In this document: positions 43,746 to 54,952 of the stretch, in pieces | Layout of the letters: every line of letters starts with the position of its first letter | Position numbering within the stretch: the stretch's first letter is position 1 | DNA from: an uncultured virus (IMG/VR IMGVR_UViG_2061766007_001614) | Taxonomy: Duplodnaviria; Heunggongvirae; Uroviricota; Caudoviricetes | Direction: 5' to 3' (one strand) | Length of the DNA: 64,000 bases | Virus record (IMG/VR): IMGVR_UViG_2061766007_001614 | Position numbers and translations under genes: made by a program | The notes under the pieces: generated by a model | The model's database searches: none | What the model was told of the DNA's origin: nothing | Seen by the model: only the letters and a program-made list of their open reading frames with translations

Positions 43746-44231
43746 TCGCAAAGTGGCTATTTTACGCGGTTTGCGGGGGTTGGTATTAGCGGACCGGATC
43801 CACTCCAGGCTGCTTCCGGGGGTAGCTGGCTCATCCCCATACTCACGTAAATCAATCCCAGTATCCTAGTGGTATTTAAGCCGGTATAGGAATCCAGTAA
43901 CCATCGGACTTTCCAGAAGATGAATAAGCAAAATGCAAGTCTCGTTGCAAAACGTCGTTCAGTAGCTTGCATCAACTTGCAGAAATTAAAGTAAGACTAA
44001 TAAATAAGAGGATATATAAAGACTGCATGGTAGGGATAACTTGCCGAGAGGTCAGAGCTGTAGAGGATTCAAGCCGAAGGCAAAAGAAAAAACACTATCA
44101 CGTTGATCGCGATCTTTTCACGCGGTCAACTAGGCCTGTCCGGCCGTAGGACGAGAGGGTACGAAAGGCGAAATCTTTTCATGAGCTTTGAGTAGGGGCG
44201 CGGAGCCCCTAGTAGTGGGGATCTAGAAAAA

Positions 44232-44447
44232 TGTTGGACAGTTAAAACGTATATAAAGGATATTAATTACATGTATATAGAATTTAACTGTCCAACAATT
44301 CACATTGGTCATTTTGCATAAAGTGATAAATGGCTTGCTTTAGGGATTTTTTGAAAAAGTTATAGAAAATTTGTCTATTTAGAATTTATATATATAGCGG
44401 GTCAAAAATTTTTGGTAATTATATATATAGAATTTAACTGTACAACA
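44232..44447. repeat. inverted and direct repeats upstream of the right arm
   Basis: TGTTGGACAGTTAAA (44232-44246) / TTTAACTGTCCAACA (44283-44297); 24-bp direct repeat TATATAGAATTTAACTGT(C/A)CAACA at 44274 and 44424. Confidence 0.85.
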
Positions 44448-44502
44448 TTTGGTAAACAGAGTAAAATTAAATCACATCATCTTGTATGATGCTGGAGGCC
44501 AA

Positions 44503-45480
44503 ATGACGGAGGGGCAAGTATTCAAAAACTACAAAGAGCTGTGTGCTTATATGGGAGAAGATGCTGTTGATGGCAATAGTAAGATAAAGCAGTTGCGTAG
44601 ATGGTCATACTTGTTTACCTGGCATAAGGTTGGATACAAGATAATTATAGATGAGGTGTTTAATGACGCTACTGCCCCAGAGGATTTTAGAAGTGGGGGA
44701 AATAATGATACCCATGTTGATATCATGTATCCCTACGTCCAGTCTCATATCCTGGGGGTAGATCCTGACGAGTATCTTGGAACACAAAGACTGTTAGGTA
44801 GTGCCATGAGGCTGATACCCATGAGTGCGTATAGACAGATAAATGACCGGGGTATGAAGTCAGAAGACTTTTATAAGAAGTATGGGCTTCAGGAAGTGGG
44901 GTCATTTGAAGAGTATGTGTCCGTTGCGGGAATAGTGATGAAGGATACTATCGTCCGGTGCATGCGTAGGATGCAGAAGAATAAAGAGCTGAAGTTTACA
45001 GAAGCTGAAGTATTTATTGCAAAGGATGGGCGTAGACGGTATCTGTGTCTGGATGGATATGACGAGCTGGTCCGTAAGGTTGAGTATGAAGTCTGTAATG
45101 AAATTGCTGCAGAACTGGGGCTGAAAACAAAAGGTAGACAATTGATCCATTATATCAAAGGCCGCCGTGAGCTGATGCAGAAATACTTCAGACGGTGTAT
45201 GGAGGAGCTCTTAAAGAATGAGGAGCTGGTAAAAGAACTGCGGTTGCAGTATACGCTGATCACCGGTCGTGAACTAAACCTGGATAATGTGTGTGAGTAC
45301 TATAAGGTGTTGCATATCATTGATTATGATGAGGAACGAATAGAGAAGGCTCGGGGGCCTGATTATAATGATGATAAACAGCTGAGGCTGATATATGAGG
45401 ATGTAAAACCCAGGGTTGCAGCCAGAGTTGCATCATCAAAGAAGGACGTAGAGAAAATAGAAAAGATGCTGTTTCACTGA
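44503..45480 (+). CDS. putative DNA-binding phage protein
   Basis: GQVFKNYKELC...GNSKIKQL..W...K.GYKIII.EV N-terminal motif; GGAGG SD. Confidence 0.6.
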   Translation: MTEGQVFKNYKELCAYMGEDAVDGNSKIKQLRRWSYLFTWHKVGYKIIIDEVFNDATAPEDFRSGGNNDTHVDIMYPYVQSHILGVDPDEYLGTQRLLGSAMRLIPMSAYRQINDRGMKSEDFYKKYGLQEVGSFEEYVSVAGIVMKDTIVRCMRRMQKNKELKFTEAEVFIAKDGRRRYLCLDGYDELVRKVEYEVCNEIAAELGLKTKGRQLIHYIKGRRELMQKYFRRCMEELLKNEELVKELRLQYTLITGRELNLDNVCEYYKVLHIIDYDEERIEKARGPDYNDDKQLRLIYEDVKPRVAARVASSKKDVEKIEKMLFH

Positions 45481-45576
45481 TTTTTCTTTTAAGTTATACA
45501 CAGATAAATTAACTAAGTATGATATACTATATGTAGTTGTTGGGGGCAAAATACAAAAAAGGTAAAGAGGGGTAAC

Positions 45577-47265
45577 ATGTCACAGAGTGGGTTGAGAATT
45601 TGTAATATCCAAGGGGCAAGTATCTATGAGTATATGAACGGCTTCAGGGGTCACATGGATATTACCAAGGCAATGCTCGTCAACAGTTTGTTTCTGGATT
45701 ATCTACTGGATAATGATCTGCTAGTGGTCCAGAAAGACTTTACACGGAGCATTATATGCCTGGAATTCGGATATGGGACAAAAGATTTTAATAGTNNNNN
45801 NNNNNNNNNNNNNNNNNNNNNNNNNNNCATTTAAAAAAAGAAAATATTTCCGAAGAAACAAAAAATCGTTTGGAAAAACTTTTAGAGAATATAGAAACGA
45901 ATAAAGATAAGTGTGTAAAGATCTCAAAAGAAGCCCTGAGGGAGAAATATTATACAGAGGGTGTGGAGATAACCTATCGGACGTATGATAAGAAAGGCCG
46001 TGAGGTGGTCAGTCGCAGGAATACTATCCGGTATAAGATGCTGTACCGTACCCCGGGTAAAGCCAAGAAAGGTACGTGCATGTTTATCGATGAGCGTATC
46101 TATGATCAGGTGCATGAGTTCCTGTATATGGGAATTAACCCACCTGCAGAGAAAGCTCCCATTGTTGAGCTCGGGGCCTACTCTTCTCTCATAACCAGTT
46201 CTATCGAGGGGCGTGTACAAATAAAGCCAAATGAGATCCTGTGCCTGAAGGATGTTGACTCTATCTTTAGAACAAAAGTTATGTCTGTTGAGACTGACGA
46301 GAATAAACACTGCTTCATTGCTGAGAAAGAAAATTATGAAGTGGTGAATACTCTCTTTGATGGCCAGGGGCTTATTGATGAAAGCATATTCCCTGAATGG
46401 GGGGATGGATATATCCTTCTTAGACATCATATGACTAAGCTTGCTGCATTTAAGACAAGGATACAGAAGTTCTTTAAAGACCAGTATGGCGATAAGTATG
46501 AGACTGCAACAGTAAAGGATATGTGGGACCGTGATGTCAGGATAAAAGACGTAAAACTGATAACTACTAATAATGCCTTCAAATGGTTAAAATTTCAGGT
46601 GCCGTTTGATTACTGGGCTAGCTGGATTCGGAAGAACGGGTGTCAGTTTGGGATAGTAAAGACTGCTCATGAGTCAAAGCTTGGTGACGTACAGAGGATG
46701 AGCTATCAGATGATGAACTCACTTGATATAGAATCCATGCCGGCTGTCTGCAGCAAAACTGTAGAATTTATAAATAAACTAAAAAACGATAACGAAACTT
46801 TTTTAGAATATTTAGAAAAAAATAAAAATTTTTCAAATGACTTTGAAGTTTTGATCGCGCTATGTAAGCATAATCAAGATTTCGTAAATAGTAGATATTT
46901 CAGGGAAAGGCGCCAAGCTATTGTGAACTCCTACGTCCTTAATTTTAAGAATGGACGTAGCATTCAGGATGCTGATAACCTGACAATTGTCGGTTCACCG
47001 TATGCAATGCTGCTACATGCCATTGGGCGCGATCCGTTAAAGGATCCCACCTTTGAACATGAAAACGGTTGCATACAATGTTATACAAAAAGATTTAAAG
47101 ACGGGGAATATCTTGCATCGTTTAGATCTCCGCAAAATGCAAGAAACAACATTGGTTATTTACATAATCATAGTTCTCCGGAAATGGAACGGTACTTCGA
47201 TTTAGGCGAATTGTGTATAGCTATCAATATGATAGAAACAGATTTCCAGAATCGTCACAACGGGT
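45577..47265 (+). CDS. YonO-like single-chain (two-barrel) RNA polymerase, exon 1 (frame break at gap 45796-45827)
   Basis: YRTPGKAKKG.C.F, LFDGQGLID, LLRHH..K, MSYQM.NSL, FRSP, ends ...FQNRHNG. Confidence 0.85.
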
Positions 47266-48140
47266 TAACATACTGGCCCAGCGTACAGGAATGTGCGTAA
47301 CAAATACCTTGTGAAAATCAGAAAGCTAAATGTGTGTATGAGTGAAATAGAAATTTGGAAAGAAATAGAAGGATATGATGGTGCTTACATGATAAGCAAT
47401 CTAGGCAGGATAAAGTCAATGCCTAGACTATCAAAGCAAAACCATTTACTTCCAGAAAAGCTTCTTAGCATCAGCCATAATAATAGTGGTTATTGCGACG
47501 TGTCATTATATTACGATGGCCATAGGTATCACGAAAAAATTCATCGACTTGTGGCTAAAGCATTTGTTGATAATCCAAAAGGATTAAATGAAGTGGACCA
47601 TATAGACACAAACAAAGACAATAATCGTTATGATAATCTTAGGTGGACTACACACTCAGAAAACCATCTAAATCCGCTGACTGTTAAAAAGACAAGGCAA
47701 TCTCATTTAGGTAAAAAGTGGTCCGCCGCTCAGAGAGAAAAACAGCAAAAGAAAATTGAGGCATTCCGCAACGGAGAGCTAGTTGCTTGCTTCGAGAGCT
47801 ATAGCGATTTGGATCATAACAGCAAAGAAGTTCTGGGAACGCAGTTATGGAATGTATATGCTCGAGAAGTCATCAAAGGAAAGCGGGAGTCATACAAAGG
47901 ATTCACATTTAAAGAAGCATAAATTATTCATACACACACATGCTAACTAGATTACGAAGTTCGCGAATTCTATTTAGTGTAGCGAATGAGTTTAGAGACT
48001 AGGAAATTGACTAAGAAAAGAATATATTTCCCACGAGTGCAAGGATCCCCACCGTATATTACGAGGGATAAGACATAGTCCGACACTCCAGTGAAAGCTG
48101 GAGCAGCCTTGGATAAAGAGCCAAGGACAAAACAAAAAAG
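47266..48140 (+). mobile_element. group I intron (IA2-like) with HNH ORF
   Basis: 5' splice after U in P1 GGGU/UA..UGGCCC; P3 CCTTG/CAAGG; P7 GACTA/TAGTC with AAGACATAGTCC; P8 and P9 hairpins; terminal G at 48140; splicing restores the frame. Confidence 0.88.
47338..47922 (+). CDS. intron-encoded NUMOD4/HNH homing endonuclease
   Basis: EIWKEIEGY.G.Y.ISNLGRIKS; IHRLVA.AF..NP....EVDHID.NK.NN...NLRW.T. Confidence 0.9.
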   Translation: MSEIEIWKEIEGYDGAYMISNLGRIKSMPRLSKQNHLLPEKLLSISHNNSGYCDVSLYYDGHRYHEKIHRLVAKAFVDNPKGLNEVDHIDTNKDNNRYDNLRWTTHSENHLNPLTVKKTRQSHLGKKWSAAQREKQQKKIEAFRNGELVACFESYSDLDHNSKEVLGTQLWNVYAREVIKGKRESYKGFTFKEA

Positions 48141-49138
48141 CAGATCAGGACAGTGATACTATATACACAACTAACCAAAAAGATATCGTAAGACATGCGG
48201 AATATTGTTACAGGAACTACCCCACTATTGTTAATAATATCCCTAAAGATTCAAACACGTACAGATATGACATGAAAGATTTTGCAAAGGTGGACAATGG
48301 GCTTGCGGCTTCTCAACTCGCAATTGGGGAGTCATCTAACTTAGCGCAGATAGCTTTGACATATACGTACAACTTCGAGGATAGAAAGTACTCCGACTAT
48401 GTATGTATACTTGCGACTATCGCGCAGGTCGCTGTGGACAGCTCCAAGAGGGCTTATGATATCGACATTGGCGAAGAAATCAGGCGCATCAAAAAGGATA
48501 TGGATCTTGAAAATAACGGTCTACCTTTCTTCTGGTTGGTAACCAAAAGGGACAAGCGTAAAGTCCGCAACGAAGATCAGCGCAAGGCCCGGGACAAAAA
48601 TAATAAAGATAGGATACGAAAAAAAATCGAACCTTCGTTGGACTGTCCTATGAACTATTTATACCGGCTTAGATTTGGACGAACTCAGTATGAGAAGGCA
48701 ACAATTGACATGAGTCATTTTTGGATTAAACATGATATACATAATGGGCGCCGTAATTCAAAAGCGGTTGAAGAACTTATCCAGAACTATTCAATAAAGC
48801 TGTATGAGTACAATTCAAGTGAATACAAAGATGACTCAGACTATCTTTTGCTGAAAGATGACTTTGATAACTTAATTAGTGATATAAAGAAGATATACAT
48901 ATCAAGGAACTACCTGGGAATGATGTCTTGGCTGATTAACAGGGCGTTCTGTATAGGCGATGGAGTAAAGAAAAACAAAAGCCAGATGGATTCAAAATTA
49001 AGCAAGAATAGGTCAATCCTTTTAAAAACACTATATGTTGTATCACCAGAAGTATTCTTACAATGTTTTGTGGAAAAAAGGTGTACACTTGAGCACAATG
49101 AAATCGCTGAAAGTCGCATTATGACTGGTATAAATTAA
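48141..49138 (+). CDS. YonO-like RNA polymerase, exon 2
   Basis: Begins (T)CA GAT CAG GAC AGT GAT = S-D-Q-D-S-D, in frame with ORF 48272-49138; IGESSNLAQ, AQVAVDSSK. Confidence 0.85.
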
Positions 49139-49287
49139 TCATGCAATAAAAAACTTATGAAGAGGGAATAAATTTATGAAGAAAATCAAAGTCGAGGTCC
49201 AGAGTACACTGACCTACAAACCATTTGAGAATATCGGGGAACTTCTTAAGAAAGCTAAGAAAGAACCCAAGAAGGAGGAAAAGAAGA

Positions 49288-49902
49288 ATGGAACTGTTTG
49301 AACTTCCCATCGACTTACCCTCCCCTTCTGTTCTACCCAAACCAGACGAAATGCTTTACTGGGAGTTAAAGGAGCAAAGGACATACTGGATCGATTACGA
49401 GATAGACGATTCATATCTTCTGATAACCTTAGCCAAGGAGATAATCCGTATCAATAATGAGGAAGCAGGGATAACTACTCCGGAACCCATTATCCTGTAT
49501 ATCCATTCGTATGGTGGAGACCTCGACCAAGCACAGTTCTTCTGCGACCTTGTAGAATCAAGCCATGTGCCGATCATCACAGTAGCTACGGGAGCAGCCA
49601 TGAGTGCTGGCCTTCTGATATTTTTATCGGGAAAACGTAGATATGCTTTCAGACACTCTTCCCTATTGATACATCAGGGCAGTGCCTCATTTAGTGGTAC
49701 TGCTGAAGAGATCGATTCAGCACAGAAGAGTTATAAAAGAAAGCTTGATAAGATGAAGAGATATATCCTCTCTCGCACGTCTATAAACGAGAAACTCTTC
49801 GAGAAGAACAAAACAAAAGACTGGTATGTCTCAGGAGATGAACTAATATCCCTGGGCATAGCAGACAAGATAATCGAGAACTTTAGTGACATTAAGTTAT
49901 AA
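49288..49902 (+). CDS. ClpP-like protease
   Basis: PIILYIHSYGGD, GAAMSAG (Ser), LIHQGS (His), DWY. Confidence 0.85.
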   Translation: MELFELPIDLPSPSVLPKPDEMLYWELKEQRTYWIDYEIDDSYLLITLAKEIIRINNEEAGITTPEPIILYIHSYGGDLDQAQFFCDLVESSHVPIITVATGAAMSAGLLIFLSGKRRYAFRHSSLLIHQGSASFSGTAEEIDSAQKSYKRKLDKMKRYILSRTSINEKLFEKNKTKDWYVSGDELISLGIADKIIENFSDIKL

Positions 49903-50053
49903 GAAAGATACTTGCCATCTGTCATCAGAGCATTCTATATGGATGCTCTGGTGGCGGTCCTCAATTCTTTTTATAGGGGGCACTGGCCTCCCGGTGCCCC
50001 ATTGCAAACAACGGAGCTCTATGCTCTTTTTTTATGAGTAAAAGGAAACAGTT

Positions 50054-51340
50054 ATGCCAAGACCAAAAGGAAATAAAAACACTCTCCCGCCTATTAAAAA
50101 GGTCCGGGAAGAAAATGAAAAACTGCGAGCGGCTATGGAGAATGGATGCCGCTGTGCAAAGTGTGGCCAGATAAAAGATAAAGATAAATGGTTTTATTGG
50201 GATGCCGATCCCATGCTTGGTGGTGATTCGTTCTCGCGTATATGTAAAGACTGTGCAAAGGGAATTGCCCTTGGACGGGATGAAGAAGGACACGAGATGG
50301 AGAACCCCACAAAGGAAACTGCCCAGAAAGCTCTTATGTATCTGAACAGACCTTTCCTTGATACTATATGGAATGCGTCCGTTCAGGAGTCGCAGAATAT
50401 GATGACCGGAAAGAATAAGTGGAATATCTGGTCTGCATATGTGAAAAACATGCAGATGCAGCAATATGCCGGTATGACTTATCTGGACTCTGACCACTTA
50501 AAGAAAAGTACCAAGGTAGAAAAATCCGGTAAACGGACAAGCGTTAATAAAATGCTTGAAGACCATGCCGGTATGGATACCTATGATTCATTTGCTAAGA
50601 ATAAAGCTGATGTTGTAAGGCTGCTTGACTATGATCCATTTGAAGCGGAGCTCATAGCTGACCAGCCTTTTTTATATGCGCAGCTTTTGATGCTTATGGA
50701 TTCAAACCAGGATCAGGAAATGGATATGATAAGAACGTCCTCTGCAATTTCAATTGTAAGAGGATTTCTTCAGGAAAATAAACTGAATGACGCTATATCA
50801 AAACTCATGGGAGATATTGAACATGTCCAAAGGAATTCCGCTACTATCAAGTCTCTTCAGGATGCTAAACAGAAGGTTGTTGCGCAGATAACAACACTTG
50901 CTGCAGAAAGCTGCCTGTCACTAAAGAACAGTAAAACAGCTACCAGAGGGGACAATACCTGGACTGGAAGAATTAAGAAGATAAGAGACCTGAACCTTTA
51001 TGAGACCAACGGTTTTGATATTGCAACCTGTAAAGGCATGCAACAGGTTCAGGAGATATCCGATGCTTCCATAATGAAACAGCTTGCTCTTGATGATAGT
51101 GACTGGTCAGATATGGTCGCCGAACAGCGGAACCTGATAGCAGAACTTCAGAAAGAGCGAGACCAGTACAAGGAAATAAATCGTCTTTTATTGAAGGAAA
51201 ACATAGGGCTTAAAGACACATTGGAAGAAAAAGGATATGACGTAAAAGGAAACACCAAAAATCTTAAAGAGATCTACTCTGTATTTGCGGGACAGGAGGA
51301 AGACATCGATGAAGAACCAGAAACTGATGATGCCGACTGA
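50054..51340 (+). CDS. zinc-finger protein upstream of terminase (possible small terminase/packaging protein)
   Basis: CRCAKC...FY...ICKDC, LNRPF...W; position as in the SPbeta-like head module. Confidence 0.55.
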   Translation: MPRPKGNKNTLPPIKKVREENEKLRAAMENGCRCAKCGQIKDKDKWFYWDADPMLGGDSFSRICKDCAKGIALGRDEEGHEMENPTKETAQKALMYLNRPFLDTIWNASVQESQNMMTGKNKWNIWSAYVKNMQMQQYAGMTYLDSDHLKKSTKVEKSGKRTSVNKMLEDHAGMDTYDSFAKNKADVVRLLDYDPFEAELIADQPFLYAQLLMLMDSNQDQEMDMIRTSSAISIVRGFLQENKLNDAISKLMGDIEHVQRNSATIKSLQDAKQKVVAQITTLAAESCLSLKNSKTATRGDNTWTGRIKKIRDLNLYETNGFDIATCKGMQQVQEISDASIMKQLALDDSDWSDMVAEQRNLIAELQKERDQYKEINRLLLKENIGLKDTLEEKGYDVKGNTKNLKEIYSVFAGQEEDIDEEPETDDAD

Positions 51341-53361
51341 CATGAACCTCCCATACGATAAGGATTTCTTTAAAGATTATGGAGTATACGTTAAACCGAT
51401 AAATTACGCATTGTCCCAAAGGAAGGTAGAATCCTTACTTGAGATAGCCAAGATGCAGAAGTACTTCCAATGCAATCCAGTCCAATGGATAGATATCATG
51501 TACAATATTGAGCTTATAGACTCGCAGGCTCTTGTTGTACAGAAATCGTGGACATGTCCTCATTTCCTGGCAGTGTGCAGTAGGGGATGGGGAAAGTCTA
51601 CAGTTATAGATCTGGAGCTCATGGCTAAAGATTCTCTGTTTTGTAATTACTGGGCATATATTGCTTCTGGTACCGGCTCACAGGCCGAGAATACTTTTAT
51701 TACATTAGAAAAACTGGCAAACGATAATATAGATACTTTTGAAGGCTCGACGGGAAAAATCTTCAAAGACGAAGTTATAGTAAAGGCGGCCTCGGGAGAT
51801 GGCTTTTGTCACACTCCGGGTAGCTTTAACTACCAGCTTTATAACGGATCACAAACGGCAACATTAAATTCGAACATAGATTCGAAGCGTGGTTTCAGGG
51901 GCTCCGTTATATTTGATGAGNNNNNNNNNNNNNNNNNNNNNNNNNNNNATGAAGGTGTATGGAGCATTTGCCATTGTTGAAAAAGGTTTTAAGACCGGTA
52001 AAGTAGACGGTCATTCCATAGACCCTATACGACAGAGAACTTTTGCAACTAATATCCCAAATCAGTTGTTTTATATTTCTTCTGCATCTTCTACAGACAC
52101 TCCGTTTTATGCTTTATATAAAGAATTTTCAAAGCGAATGATAATGGGTGACCCTGACTATTATGTTGTCCATATTGATTGTGAGCAGGCATTTAAACCT
52201 ACTCTCCGTGGAGAACTGATAGCTCCCCTCCTCTCTCGTTCGACTGTTAAGTCTGAGATGAGAACCAATCCTGAAAAGGCAAGGCGCGAGTATTATTGCC
52301 AGTTCACAACAGATGCGGGTAACGATGCCATTGTTAAACGAGGAGTTATTGTAAGGAATGAAGAAATACGTCCGCCTGTCCTCAGTGGTGATGGCAAGCA
52401 CAAATATATTATTGCTTATGATCCTGCTCGTCAGAGGGATAACTCTTTCATTCTTGTAGGAGAAGTGTATGACGAAAAGAACCCTGACGGTTCAAAAGAT
52501 ACCAAGTGCCGATTGGTAAATGGTATCAATCTGTTGGATGTAGGAAAGAAAATTAAAAGTCCTATGCAGACTCCCGACCAGGTGAAGTATTTAAAACAAG
52601 TCATATTGGACTATAATGCCGGTGCGGATAATTACGACAATATAATCGGAGTATATATTGATGCCGGAGCCGGTGGTGGTGGAGTATCCATTGCGGATTA
52701 CCTCATGGCTGACTGGGAGGATGACAAAGGGAATCTTCATCCGGGACTCATTGATAAAGAATTCTCTGAGGACTACGTGAGTAAATTCCCTAATGCTATA
52801 AATAAATTGCATCTTATGGCTCCATCTAAGTGGAAGTCTCAGATGTTTGAAGAACTGATTGAGATGGTCAACCAAGACAAAATAAAATTCACTGCGTCCT
52901 ACGACCATAAAGGATATATCACAACTTTTGATATAGATGAGGATCTTCTAAAAAAGGAAAAGAAACGCATCAGTGATAAGTTGAAAGCTGAACAGGGACT
53001 GGAGGGTGACGAACTTACCAAGGCAGTAAAAGAAGAACTGACAAAAGCGGAAACTATCAAGACAAAGATGGTGAAGCTTAGCTGGTTTGAAGAGCTTGCC
53101 CTTAGTAATATTGATGCCCTAAAAGAGGAGGCAGTGAACATCGCGAGGAAGAAGAATACTTCCGGAAGAGATTCTTTCGATCTCATCCCGGAAAAGGCTC
53201 ATACTCTTCACGATGATAGAATGTACTGCCTGAGTCTTCTCAGCCATTCGCTTTATGGACTACGTAGAAAAGAATTAGTTGGAAGACCAAAACAATCAAA
53301 TGATGAATTACTAAGGAAGCTTGCATCAAGTATGCGGGCTTCTTCTATTATTCAAAGATAA
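51309..53361 (+). CDS. terminase large subunit (split by gap)
   Basis: SRGWGKST Walker A, IFDE Walker B, YISSAS coupling motif, AYDPAR RNase H fold, HDDR. Confidence 0.9.
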
Positions 53362-53377
53362 GAAAGGGGGACTGCCG

Positions 53378-54952
53378 ATGGCACGAACTAAAGCGGGTAC
53401 GGACAGTACCCCTAGAAAAGCACTTGAAGAAATAAGAGCGGAATTCAATAAAGAGGAAGCCAGACGTAAAGAGAATTACGAGAATGCTATGGAAGCTCTG
53501 AAAAAATTCCGCGACCCAAGTAAAGCTGCAGATATCACTCTGAACAGCTATGAGCGTAAAAAGATACGTGAGTATTTAAAACGTCCTGCTAGTAGTGAAG
53601 ATAAACTCAGGGAAGTAGCTGATTATCTGTATTACCGTAATCAGATACTGTATAGATTGTGTCATTGGTATGCGTCTATGTGGTCACTGGAATGTAGACA
53701 GATTATTCCAGGCTACTCTCTCACTGCTCAGAACAATCCGCAGTCAATGCTAAAGCAGTATGAAGAAACTCTTGATAAGTTGGATTCATTTAATATTCAG
53801 GGTAATTGGCATGACGTGGCACTGAGATGTTACCTGGAAGATGTATGCTTTACTATCTTTTTCCGTGATGGCAAGGATTCATTTTTCTATATCATGAACC
53901 CTGATGAGTGTCGCATAGATGGACGATATCTAAGCGGTGACTTCTCCTATAGTGTGAACATGGCCAAGTGGAAATCTGATAAGAAAAGACAGCTTGCTAG
54001 CTGGCTCGGAGAACCATTGGTATCGATGCTCAGGGAATATGACGAGACGGGCGCTCAGTGGATACATATGCCTGATGAATGGGGCGCTGCATTTAAGTTT
54101 AATTCAGACAGACCCTATCTGGTCATCCCACCTACTGCTGCTCTTCTGCAACAGATAGCTGCGCTGAATGATATCGCAGACCTTCAGGCACTTAAGGATG
54201 AAGCCTCTGTGTACAAGTTGCTGCTCGTTCCCATGAAGGTATTGTCCGGGGCCAAGAATTCTGATGATTGGGCGGTATCTATAGATTTATTGATTGAGTA
54301 CTACGACATCATGAAACAGATACTCCCTGAGTATGTTGCGTCAGCGCTAATCCCCGGAGAAGTTACGAATGATAACGTTATCGATTTTTCGACAACGTCA
54401 GCTGATAAGGATGTAGACAGGCTTCAGCAAAGCCAGGATACTCTAACAAGTACCTCAGGTGGTTCCATCCTTAATATGAAGTATGTTAACAGTAACTATG
54501 CTTTTGCAGCTTGGCTGAAAGCTGAATCCGAGTTTGCTATATCATCTCTTATACCTCAGATAGAGGGCTTTACGAACAGGATGCTTAAGTATGATATCCA
54601 AAACGGTGCCCCTGTATTAGGAAGAAATGAGCCATGCAAGATAAAGTATTTCGAGGTCACAATCTTTACAAAGGATGATCTTCGAGACAGTCTTCTTTCT
54701 TCATGCCAATACAGCTTCAGTAACCGAATGGCATATAACACGTTTAATGGTATCTCGGAAAGAGCTACGCTCTCGATGGAATTTTTCGAAACACAAGTGC
54801 TTCATCTTCCAGAGCTGATGACTCATCCGCTCCAATCAAGCTATACCACATCAGGTGAAGGTGGAGCTCCCGAGAAAAGTCCCGATGAACTGACTGATTC
54901 TGGTGAACGGTCCAGGAATATGGGGAGAAAGGAGGGAATAGATGTTTCGTGA
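53378..54952 (+). CDS. portal protein
   Basis: About 525 aa directly after terminase; C-terminal PLQSSYT...GGAP. Confidence 0.75.
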   Translation: MARTKAGTDSTPRKALEEIRAEFNKEEARRKENYENAMEALKKFRDPSKAADITLNSYERKKIREYLKRPASSEDKLREVADYLYYRNQILYRLCHWYASMWSLECRQIIPGYSLTAQNNPQSMLKQYEETLDKLDSFNIQGNWHDVALRCYLEDVCFTIFFRDGKDSFFYIMNPDECRIDGRYLSGDFSYSVNMAKWKSDKKRQLASWLGEPLVSMLREYDETGAQWIHMPDEWGAAFKFNSDRPYLVIPPTAALLQQIAALNDIADLQALKDEASVYKLLLVPMKVLSGAKNSDDWAVSIDLLIEYYDIMKQILPEYVASALIPGEVTNDNVIDFSTTSADKDVDRLQQSQDTLTSTSGGSILNMKYVNSNYAFAAWLKAESEFAISSLIPQIEGFTNRMLKYDIQNGAPVLGRNEPCKIKYFEVTIFTKDDLRDSLLSSCQYSFSNRMAYNTFNGISERATLSMEFFETQVLHLPELMTHPLQSSYTTSGEGGAPEKSPDELTDSGERSRNMGRKEGIDVS

